Shown here: positions 19,991 to 28,046 of the stretch, one piece after another
Layout of the letters: the number at the start of each line of letters is the position of its first letter
How positions within the stretch are numbered: position 1 is the stretch's first letter
From: a phage
DNA length: 64,000 nucleotides
Sequence record: OZ346151.1
Direction: 5' to 3' (one strand)
Translations under genes and position numbers: made by a program
Notes under the pieces: model-generated
The model's input: only the letters and a program-made list of their open reading frames with translations
Database searches by the model: none
Told to the model about the DNA's origin: nothing

Positions 19991-21031
19991 TTATTTAACG
20001 TGTTTGAAAATACCTGCCAACTCGGTCATTGTCATGCGGGTGGTCTTCATAAGATCTGTCATAGCTTTCTCCATAATTGGAGATACTACCATAAAGTTTC
20101 CTTTAGTGAAACCTTTATTCCAGTCGGTCACCAACAGGGGTTTAAGTCCAGCTCCAAGACGTTCACCAGTTAAAGCACAGCATTTGCGAATATACGAACT
20201 CTTAAATTGGCTGAACGACAGATCAACTTTCATACCTACATCGTAGAACGTTTGACAATAGAAAGTGTAAGCTTTGGCAATCTCAACATCATCAGGTAGT
20301 GCAGGAACCTCTTCTGTAAGCTCCTCTTCGACCTCCTGAGTCTCTTTTTCCTCTTCATGCACCTGTTGCGTCATTTCTTCAATCTCTTCTGTGATAGGCT
20401 CGTTTACAATGTCGGAAATGTGCTTCTTGGGTGCACGATAAGTAACTTTAGACATCGGTAGCATATCTTCCTCCTCTTCTTCGTCAAAGAGTGCTAGTTT
20501 ATCCTCTTCCGTTCCATATTGCAAGATGAAATCTTCAAAAGTATAATCACCTTTCAATTTCTCCATACGCTCTTCGCTCAGGTGGAGCATCATCTGCTGG
20601 ACAATTTTTCGATCAGTTTCGTCTTTAATCAAGACTGCAGTCTTTTTATCTACCAGACAGTCCTTTAGAGAGTTGCATCTCAATCCCACCACACAACAGT
20701 TATCAACCGCATAAGGACCTTCATCATCTATCCGCTCCAGAGATGGGTAGAAAGGATTCCCCAGCCCGTTTTCATCTGTGTGCATGTCAAAAGGTATAAG
20801 GGTATAGTCGCATACTCCATCTCCTAAAAGTTTTTTACCAAATAGGAGGTATTCTTCCCATGACAGGTCGAACTCTATATCTCGTTTCCGTGCGTTATTC
20901 TGTTTGCGTCTATATTTTTTGAGCAAGCGCTCTAACTCTTCTGGTGTATAATATTTTTCAAGATTCATGAGTCGTCTCTCGTGCTCTGTAAGTGAAGAAA
21001 TCGTATCAATTGTCTCAACAGATGTCAACAT
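19991..21031 (-). CDS. Glu-rich protein with two internally duplicated Cys-containing domains (degenerate HNH or His-Me-finger-like)
   Basis: N-terminal CDYTLIPF...SLERIDDEGPY...N..K repeated C-terminally as CCALTGERL...LLVTDWNKGF...N; acidic linker; weak RBS so start uncertain. Confidence 0.4.
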   Translation of the reverse strand: MLTSVETIDTISSLTEHERRLMNLEKYYTPEELERLLKKYRRKQNNARKRDIEFDLSWEEYLLFGKKLLGDGVCDYTLIPFDMHTDENGLGNPFYPSLERIDDEGPYAVDNCCVVGLRCNSLKDCLVDKKTAVLIKDETDRKIVQQMMLHLSEERMEKLKGDYTFEDFILQYGTEEDKLALFDEEEEEDMLPMSKVTYRAPKKHISDIVNEPITEEIEEMTQQVHEEEKETQEVEEELTEEVPALPDDVEIAKAYTFYCQTFYDVGMKVDLSFSQFKSSYIRKCCALTGERLGAGLKPLLVTDWNKGFTKGNFMVVSPIMEKAMTDLMKTTRMTMTELAGIFKHVK

Positions 21032-21041
21032 CAAAAACGTG

Positions 21042-21070
21042 TTGACTTTACTCTAACTCCACAATATAGT
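21042..21070 (+). promoter_or_regulatory. sigma70-like promoter (TTGACT-17-TATAGT) in the divergent intergenic region
   Basis: Near-consensus hexamers with 17 bp spacing, about 40 nt upstream of the 21111 ATG. Confidence 0.5.
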
Positions 21071-21110
21071 GCACCCATTCGAAAGAAAACTAACATAGGA
21101 GCACTTACTT

Positions 21111-22010
21111 ATGGCAAATCTTAACAGTTTTAGTACGCGGTGGAAACAGGACATAACAACCAATCTTTCAGCTGGGGACATCCTTTCTGCAATTTACGAG
21201 GCTTTAGATGATAAAGCTACTTCAAAAGCGGTTTGTACCAACCCATTAATTCCTATAGTGATGAAGGTTATTGAGCGTAGATTGGTATCTGGGTCTGATA
21301 AGTGGACATATTTAGATAATGAAGGACACACCTATTCCAATGGGTATGTCGATATAAAAGTAGAATACGCGGTATCATACCGCCGGAGCGGTTCTGTAAC
21401 TTTCAACTTCTCTGGAGGTTTTCGATCTCTGGCTACCTCACCTTTTGTTTCCTCAGAGGAGAAGTATGAGCTGCCATTTCTTTGGATGATGGCTAACGCG
21501 ACAGGAAAAACCCCCGTTAGCATCCGAGTAAAATACAACTACAACGGATCTAGTAAGATCTATGCCGAAAGTGTCTCAGCAAGTTTTTATTTTGTGATGG
21601 GGGATGGAATCCTCAAACATATAAAGATGTGCGATATGCATGATGTTATAAATGAAGTGACTGATAAGAATGTTCTAGTGAAAGACCTCAACAATTTTTA
21701 TACACCTGGAGACTATTACGTCAGCCGTCCACTGTGCATCTTTAATGCCGCACACCCTCTAGGTGAGTATTTGATCGCCAATAGCGATATTGCCAATAAC
21801 CGCTTCGAGGTAGCAAGAGTTCAGAATGAGGTATTGACATCTTGCAAGAGCGGTGATAAGTTTACCGAAGAAGAGATGGGTGTTTTAGAAATGATGGGAT
21901 ATAAGTGTAGCCTTTGGGTAGATGAGGTGTTTAATGATTGCATCTATGGACAGGATATTTACCCATTAAAGAAGTATACTGATACAAGTTTAATTTATGC
22001 GAGGGTTTGA
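21111..22010 (+). CDS. hypothetical protein (299 aa)
   Basis: ATG with AGGAGC RBS; first gene of the rightward unit. Confidence 0.5.
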   Translation: MANLNSFSTRWKQDITTNLSAGDILSAIYEALDDKATSKAVCTNPLIPIVMKVIERRLVSGSDKWTYLDNEGHTYSNGYVDIKVEYAVSYRRSGSVTFNFSGGFRSLATSPFVSSEEKYELPFLWMMANATGKTPVSIRVKYNYNGSSKIYAESVSASFYFVMGDGILKHIKMCDMHDVINEVTDKNVLVKDLNNFYTPGDYYVSRPLCIFNAAHPLGEYLIANSDIANNRFEVARVQNEVLTSCKSGDKFTEEEMGVLEMMGYKCSLWVDEVFNDCIYGQDIYPLKKYTDTSLIYARV

Positions 22011-22285
22011 CTATGATGAAGGCATGTGGTAATGTATATTACGTCGGTGAACATGTTCAGGCAGACAGTGTGTGGAAATCTATTAAGTCCACCACTGACG
22101 ATGCCCTTCTGAGTGGACTATGTTTCCCCAATCCGGGAGACATCCTCCCTCATCCTGGAGATTTTGTTGTCAACAAGATGGACGGTTATACCGTGTGCCT
22201 GATGGTTGAAAAAATCTTTTTAGACACTAGACACAATCACCGTCTTGTGTTAAAATTTCAAGAATGTAAAATGACAATTGCCTAA
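22007..22285 (+). CDS. hypothetical protein (92 aa)
   Basis: Overlaps upstream stop by 4 nt. Confidence 0.4.
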   Translation: MTMMKACGNVYYVGEHVQADSVWKSIKSTTDDALLSGLCFPNPGDILPHPGDFVVNKMDGYTVCLMVEKIFLDTRHNHRLVLKFQECKMTIA

Positions 22286-22298
22286 GGAGACCTTACCG

Positions 22299-22655
22299 AT
22301 GTCTAAAGTTACTTATCGTGCAGCTATTTACTGCAATGAACACCCAATCAATAATGATGGTCACTGCCTTTTTAAAGAAAATCAATTGGGCTGTATTGTC
22401 CTCCCTGATGAAGGGGAAGGTTATCTGATTGCATTGACAGGGTTTGAACCTGAGGCTCTGGAAGCCAATCTGGACTACCTGGTAGAAGAGGGTGCTGCAG
22501 ACCTGGTTGCCAATGGCCTCTCCATAAGCCTTGACGAAGTAGAGCGCTTCATGGGCAATTACCGTGTAGTGCGTGAGTTTACTATCGAGGTGGAAACTCC
22601 CGAGTGGAGTAGCCATGAAACTAATGCCGAAGAAAAAGAAGAGGAGGTAGAATAA
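22299..22655 (+). CDS. acidic hypothetical protein (about 118 aa)
   Basis: ATG after AAGGAG; N-terminus MSKVTYRA lies inside the 29-bp inverted repeat. Confidence 0.5.
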   Translation: MSKVTYRAAIYCNEHPINNDGHCLFKENQLGCIVLPDEGEGYLIALTGFEPEALEANLDYLVEEGAADLVANGLSISLDEVERFMGNYRVVREFTIEVETPEWSSHETNAEEKEEEVE

Positions 22656-22885
22656 TGAAAGTGCAGATCTTGACTAATGCCGAGAAGATGTTTATTGAAG
22701 ATACACCTTTTGAAGCTGGTGAGCTACAGTTCGTTTATTTTGTTGACTTAGATAAGGTGTTTCCTGCACTGAATCTAGGTTTGGATGAAGTTCCTCATAA
22801 GGTTTTGTGCCAAGTTGTTCGTGCCTTAGCGGCAGAGGGGGGAGTTCCACACCCTTCAAGATGTCCAGACCTACGGGTATCTTGA
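22655..22885 (+). CDS. hypothetical protein (76 aa)
   Basis: ATG overlaps upstream stop (TAATG). Confidence 0.4.
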   Translation: MKVQILTNAEKMFIEDTPFEAGELQFVYFVDLDKVFPALNLGLDEVPHKVLCQVVRALAAEGGVPHPSRCPDLRVS

Positions 22886-22915
22886 ACTACAACGAGAAGA
22901 AGAGGTGGACTGATA

Positions 22916-23296
22916 ATGGCTCAGTGGAAGACGACAGTTGACCTTCATGATCAGTGGTTAGGACGCATCACTGAAGACGGGAAGCTAGTGGAGTGGGACA
23001 ATAAGCATGTTAGCGAGTTGGCAAGTATTGTGGCTGGCAAGTTACGCTCCAAGTTCCCTGAACAACTGGATCCTGATAGTTCAAAGTTCGATCCTGAGTT
23101 GGAGGATGTTGTATACTACTTCGATACCGTGGATGACTACGATGCGTGGTTTGCAGCACGGGAGCTTTACCCACAAGGCTCTGCTATGCGCCAGATGGAA
23201 GAAGATTATCCTCCGTGTGAGCAATTCAATAGTGCAATGACTTGCCTCTATGATTGGGCAGATAAGAACCTTGTCTGGATTCGGACTGCATTTTAG
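22916..23296 (+). CDS. hypothetical protein (126 aa)
   Basis: ATG start; no motif recognised. Confidence 0.45.
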   Translation: MAQWKTTVDLHDQWLGRITEDGKLVEWDNKHVSELASIVAGKLRSKFPEQLDPDSSKFDPELEDVVYYFDTVDDYDAWFAARELYPQGSAMRQMEEDYPPCEQFNSAMTCLYDWADKNLVWIRTAF

Positions 23297-23340
23297 TGGG
23301 CAGGAATGGCGGCAAGGATGCCGCTTAAGGAGTAGTAGAG

Positions 23341-23610
23341 ATGTTATACCAGCAATATGAACTTCGTGCAGAAAAAGAGTTAAATTTTGACAAAGATATT
23401 CACAGATATTATTATGGGAAAGTTAGAGGGCAAGCAAGAAAGTGTACTCCAACACTCTTTTATGCCAGCAGACGACTAGCGCCAGAAGAGGCAACAGCAG
23501 AAAGGGTTGCGTACAACTGGAGAGTCACGTATGATATTGACAGATTCGATGTGATATCTGTTTTGGAAAACTTTGAAAACACTTACACACAAGTAGAGGA
23601 CTTTTACTAA
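23341..23610 (+). CDS. hypothetical protein (89 aa)
   Basis: ATG start; stop overlaps next start. Confidence 0.45.
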   Translation: MLYQQYELRAEKELNFDKDIHRYYYGKVRGQARKCTPTLFYASRRLAPEEATAERVAYNWRVTYDIDRFDVISVLENFENTYTQVEDFY

Positions 23611-24794
23611 TGTCAAGAAACGTATTCGAAAGTGGTCAAATCACTGTCCGTGAGTTGCCAGCTATTATTCAGTTTGCCCAACGTCATAGCCGATCTGTCC
23701 TAATTTTGGGACCAATGGGTGTGGGTAAAAGCCAGGTGATGAAGCAGATCGCTGATAATATGTTCGGTGAGCGAGATGACAACCTTGTTGACGTGCGACT
23801 GTCAGATAAAGATCCTGCCGACTTATCTGGGCTACCTATCCCTGTAGAAGCGGATGGAACTACACGTACAGTGTTTGCAATTCCAGAATTTTGGCCTGCG
23901 GATCCTGACTGGAGCGGAATTATCTTTCTGGATGAGCTCACTCATGCAGATAACTACCTGCAAAAGGTTGCAATGCAAATTATGCTTGACCACAAGTGCG
24001 GCACCTATGCATTCCCTAAGGGTTCTGTTTTTGTGGCTGCGGGTAACCGTTCTACAGATGGTGCGGTTCTTTCGGCGCTCGAAGCCCCTCTGGCTAACCG
24101 TTTTATCATTGTAGAGGTTACAAGCAATGCAGAGGTGTTTATTGAGGACTACGCATTCCTCAACGGGGTTCACTCCTCTGTAATTGGGTATCTGAAAAGA
24201 GTTCCATCAGCTATTGATAATTATGAGGCTATGGCTGAGATTAATTGTCCATCTTTTGCCACACCACGATCTTGGGTTGCTGCATCTGACATCTTGCACG
24301 ATTTTGACAGCGGTATTATTTCTGACGCTATGGCCCGTGTTCTTCTGCAAGGTGCTATTGGTCACACTGCAGCGGTAGAGATCTGGACATACCACACCAA
24401 GAAACGCAATTTACCGGAAATCGGTCGGATTATGGCAGGTGGCTGCAAAGAATACGTAGGCCCTAAGCAGCCAGACATTTTGTGGATTCTTGGATCTGAA
24501 GGTTGTATCGCTATTCGTAATATGATGGAAAATGCAAGTATCTCAGACGAAGATCTTGTCAGCTGTGTGGCAAACTTCCTCGATTTCCTTTGGGAAAACT
24601 TCAAGGACGAGAACCGAGATTTTGTATTCTCAGTCTTTATGGCGATGATGAAACCTAATGCCTTAGGAAATGCCTTGCTTATCGGTAAAGGGCGTGACAA
24701 GATTGTTGCTCAGCTGATCAAAGCATACCCAAACCTGATGAAGATTGTAAAAGAGTTTGGTGAAGAGTTTAGCGCCATTTTGGCTAAAGCTTAA
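23610..24794 (+). CDS. MoxR-like AAA+ ATPase
   Basis: Walker A GPMGVGKS, Walker B IIFLDEL, sensor-1-like VAAGN, about 390 aa with a C-terminal helical extension. Confidence 0.7.
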   Translation: MSRNVFESGQITVRELPAIIQFAQRHSRSVLILGPMGVGKSQVMKQIADNMFGERDDNLVDVRLSDKDPADLSGLPIPVEADGTTRTVFAIPEFWPADPDWSGIIFLDELTHADNYLQKVAMQIMLDHKCGTYAFPKGSVFVAAGNRSTDGAVLSALEAPLANRFIIVEVTSNAEVFIEDYAFLNGVHSSVIGYLKRVPSAIDNYEAMAEINCPSFATPRSWVAASDILHDFDSGIISDAMARVLLQGAIGHTAAVEIWTYHTKKRNLPEIGRIMAGGCKEYVGPKQPDILWILGSEGCIAIRNMMENASISDEDLVSCVANFLDFLWENFKDENRDFVFSVFMAMMKPNALGNALLIGKGRDKIVAQLIKAYPNLMKIVKEFGEEFSAILAKA

Positions 24795-24804
24795 GGGGGG
24801 TTGT

Positions 24805-25185
24805 ATGGCTAAAGTAGGTAAGCGGGGAAACTACCTGGTGGTATTGACCGAGGAGCCGGAGAAGGAGTACGAATGCAGCTCCACTTGCGTGATCGATATC
24901 CGAGAAAAAGATGTAGATGAAATCTGGTTTAAAATATTGGACGCTTGCGATAGCAGTGATTATTTCTTCATTTATGTCAACGATAAGGCTGGATTCTTCC
25001 ATGACGACGGAGAGTTGCCGTATGAAATCTATGAACTTGTAGAGGCTTGCCATCGTGGAGATGCGGAGTTGTTTGGCCTACGGCTGAAAAGCGGTAAATT
25101 CTTCTATCAAGATGAGTGCATGAATCTTCATAACTTTGTAGAGGGAACTTGCAACGATGGAGAGATTTTGGCACACTACGATTAA
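24805..25185 (+). CDS. hypothetical protein (about 126 aa)
   Basis: ATG preceded by AAGGGGGG. Confidence 0.45.
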   Translation: MAKVGKRGNYLVVLTEEPEKEYECSSTCVIDIREKDVDEIWFKILDACDSSDYFFIYVNDKAGFFHDDGELPYEIYELVEACHRGDAELFGLRLKSGKFFYQDECMNLHNFVEGTCNDGEILAHYD

Positions 25186-25195
25186 TTTCTAAGAC

Positions 25196-25225
25196 CTCCC
25201 CCGCTTCGGCGGGGATTTTCTATTT
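25196..25225 (+). terminator. rho-independent terminator
   Basis: CCCCCGC-ttcg-GCGGGG hairpin followed by ATTTTCTATTT. Confidence 0.6.
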
Positions 25226-25234
25226 GGAGTCATT

Positions 25235-25735
25235 GTGAAAATTAAGATCTTTGCTATTATTTTGAGCGCACTTTTATCGCTGCCTGTTGTTGCAGCACCA
25301 AAACAAAAAGTATATCATACTTGCAAGCCCTCAGATACTAAGGAAAACATTCTGGCATGCAATATCTACAGGGAGGCTAGAGGGGATGGCACGATGGGTA
25401 TGCTGGCATCAGGGTTTGCCACACTAAACAGGAAATCTCACCCCAAATACCCAGACACTATAAGAAAGATTGTCTACCAACCTAACCAGTTTTCGTGGAC
25501 AAACCACGGCAAAACTTTTAAGGTGACAGAAAAAGATTCATGGGATCACGCTAAAAGTCTTGCAAAGATGCTTCTAAAGGTCTATAATAACAACCATGTT
25601 GCATACATGGCTATGGACATAACAGGTGGAGCAACACACTACCATACAACCAAAGTACGACCGAAATGGGCAAAAAAGATGCAGAGGACAGCTCAATTCG
25701 GGAGTCATATCTACTACAAGGAGCGCAATAAATGA
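25235..25735 (+). CDS. secreted SleB-like cell-wall hydrolase (Hydrolase_2 domain)
   Basis: N-terminal signal peptide MKIKIFAIILSALLSLPVVAAP; motifs NIYREARGDG, ATLNR, VYQPNQFSW, TGGATHYH, QFGSHIYY match the SleB catalytic-domain pattern. Confidence 0.7.
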   Translation: MKIKIFAIILSALLSLPVVAAPKQKVYHTCKPSDTKENILACNIYREARGDGTMGMLASGFATLNRKSHPKYPDTIRKIVYQPNQFSWTNHGKTFKVTEKDSWDHAKSLAKMLLKVYNNNHVAYMAMDITGGATHYHTTKVRPKWAKKMQRTAQFGSHIYYKERNK

Positions 25736-26277
25736 TTGTAAACAGTAATGAAACTAAAGCAGTACTAACCGGAAATATGGAGGTCACCAGGGGCTCAATT
25801 TCTCTGAACAAAGAGACTTTTGGGCTAATCATTAAAGGGATTTACGAAGATAAGGTGCTGGCAAGCTGCCGTGAACCAATCTTCAATGCTGTGGACTCCC
25901 ATGTTGAGTCTGGACGGGGTGATGTACCGATCATCATTCACTCTCCTACAGACCTTGAACCATACTTCTTTGTGCAGGACGTTGGATTGGGCATGTCGGA
26001 AGAGATGGTCCGCAACACTTTCATGAACCTCGGGGAGTCAACCAAGCGCAACAGCAACGCTCTGGTAGGTAATAAAGGTGTAGGTTCAAAGGCCCCGTTC
26101 AGCATGGTGGACACTTTCGATGTGATCAGTGTGCCATACCAACACAACAGTGCTAAGTGCCGTGCATGCCGCTACGAAATAGTAGCAGCACCGGAATCAC
26201 GCAAAGATGGCGATCCGATTGAATACGTAGTTGACCGTGATGGTAACATCATCGACATTATCTACGAGGAGGCGTAA
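25732..26277 (+). CDS. HSP90-like GHKL mini-ATPase (181 aa, Bergerat fold only)
   Basis: N-box REPIFNAVDSH (cf. ELISNASDA), G1 box VQDVGLGMS...NLGES (cf. DTGIGMT...NLGT), G2 box GNKGVGSKAPF; stop overlaps helicase start (TAATGG). Confidence 0.6.
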   Translation: MIVNSNETKAVLTGNMEVTRGSISLNKETFGLIIKGIYEDKVLASCREPIFNAVDSHVESGRGDVPIIIHSPTDLEPYFFVQDVGLGMSEEMVRNTFMNLGESTKRNSNALVGNKGVGSKAPFSMVDTFDVISVPYQHNSAKCRACRYEIVAAPESRKDGDPIEYVVDRDGNIIDIIYEEA

Positions 26278-27647
26278 TGGAAAAAGGGCAGTATGACGTA
26301 GGCACAGATGCTGCCCTCATTGCAATCATGAGTGGTGAGAATGTCTTCGTTTCAGGACCTGCAGGTTGTGGGAAGACGTATCTCATCAACATGATCCAGT
26401 CAATGTATGGAGACTCTTGCATAACGGTTGCCCCGACAGGGGTAGCCGCTTTAAACGTTAATGGAGCAACAGCACACCGAACATTCGATCTTGCAGCAGG
26501 TGTGAGCATGGAGTCGGACTGGACCGCAATAAGGGCAAAAACAGCAAAGCCTTTGAAAAGCAAGGCATTTACCATCCTAATTATCGATGAAATCTCTATG
26601 ATCCGTGCTGATAAGTTTATAGAGATGGATAGGAAACTCCGCTTCCTTCGAAAAAATGACAAACCTTTCGGAGGCATACAGGTCATATTGTTTGGCGATT
26701 TTTACCAGGCACCTCCTGTTGTCTCTTCTATGGAGAAGGAAGCCTACTTCAACTTCTACCATACGGACCTGTGTTGCTACACCGAATCTTGGAAAGAGCT
26801 TGACCTCCACAACATAGCCCTAATAGATCAGTTCCGACAGGAGTCTATTCGATTTGCCACAATGCTTAACTGTGTTCGTGAGGGTCGTCGCATAAAAGAG
26901 GTTGTAGCAGAACTTAATGCTCGCTGTTACAAAGGTGGTGTACCAACAGATGCTCTCACAATTTGCGCCACCAACAAACAAGCAGAGGAAGTAAACAGAA
27001 GGTTCTATGATGCCATCAACGCCCCAGAGAAGGTATACACTGGTGAAATGAAGGGTAAGTTTCCCTCCACCCTGCCAGTTGAGCAGGAGATGAAGTTGAA
27101 AATTGGCATGAAAGTTATGATAACCGCCAACGATGTTGACCCGACGCACAAAGTACCTTATTATGTTAACGGAACACGTGCCACAATTGTTAAATTTAAG
27201 AACAAGGCGGTGGTGGTAGAGCTTGAAGATGGAACACAGGTTGACATAGAGCAGAGGTTGTGGGAGAATAACGAGTATAAGCCCTCTCAGAGATACAACA
27301 TTGCAGAAAGGAAGATGGAGAAGTTTATAGAGAGGGTAGTGATTGGGTCATACAAGCAACTTCCTCTGAAATCTGGGTACGCCGTAACATCTCATAAAAG
27401 TCAAGGACTTACGCTAGATTGTTACAACCTAGACCTTGGAAAGAACGGAGCTTTCTCTCCTGGGATGACGTATGTCGCTTTGAGTAGAGTTAAGACAATA
27501 CAAGGAATAAACTTGTTGCGTCCCCTAAGAGAAGTTGACATTATTGTTGACCCGCGAGTAGTAGAGTTTTACAATACAACATTCCCTGACTTAGACAAAA
27601 TTGTCAGGAAAGATTTTGAAACCAGAGCAGAAGAGGGGGACGTATGA
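26277..27647 (+). CDS. SF1B helicase, Pif1/RecD/Dda-like
   Basis: Walker A GPAGCGKT, Walker B IIDEISM, GDFYQAPPV, TSHKSQGLT and ALSRVKT motifs. Confidence 0.8.
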   Translation: MEKGQYDVGTDAALIAIMSGENVFVSGPAGCGKTYLINMIQSMYGDSCITVAPTGVAALNVNGATAHRTFDLAAGVSMESDWTAIRAKTAKPLKSKAFTILIIDEISMIRADKFIEMDRKLRFLRKNDKPFGGIQVILFGDFYQAPPVVSSMEKEAYFNFYHTDLCCYTESWKELDLHNIALIDQFRQESIRFATMLNCVREGRRIKEVVAELNARCYKGGVPTDALTICATNKQAEEVNRRFYDAINAPEKVYTGEMKGKFPSTLPVEQEMKLKIGMKVMITANDVDPTHKVPYYVNGTRATIVKFKNKAVVVELEDGTQVDIEQRLWENNEYKPSQRYNIAERKMEKFIERVVIGSYKQLPLKSGYAVTSHKSQGLTLDCYNLDLGKNGAFSPGMTYVALSRVKTIQGINLLRPLREVDIIVDPRVVEFYNTTFPDLDKIVRKDFETRAEEGDV

Positions 27648-27985
27648 GTTTGTGGAGAAATATCGTTAACTACGTGTGTGGCAATCCGACTCCTGAAGAG
27701 AAGGATGTTGTGATTCACGATTTTACTAAAAGATCTCGTGAAAAAGATCTACTGCTAACAAAGGTGACTGATAAAGATCCTGCAGTAGGGGACTGGGCAG
27801 GTTTTGCGTTTACATCGGACAAATACACCTTTAACAAAGGTGACTACCTTGTTGTGGATTTTAACGAAGACATTGAGGGTGCTGAACCTTACTATCAAAC
27901 CCTTATTGTTGCAGGGTGTGTTAATCTCTCTGCAGGTATGCACAGTTTGATTCTTTTTGAGCTTGACTCTGAAGACCTTGAGTAG
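27644..27985 (+). CDS. hypothetical protein (113 aa)
   Basis: Overlaps helicase stop by 4 nt. Confidence 0.45.
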   Translation: MSLWRNIVNYVCGNPTPEEKDVVIHDFTKRSREKDLLLTKVTDKDPAVGDWAGFAFTSDKYTFNKGDYLVVDFNEDIEGAEPYYQTLIVAGCVNLSAGMHSLILFELDSEDLE

Positions 27986-28046
27986 TAAGATGTGAGTATA
28001 AAGGGGAGGCACTCCTCCCCACAAAAACTAAGGAGAGCACCAAACG

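Noticed and set aside
27990-28022. GGGGAGG-cact-CCTCCCC hairpin as a + strand terminator
   Set aside because: Strong stem, but followed by ACAAAAAC rather than a T-tract; may be a processing or stabilising hairpin instead.
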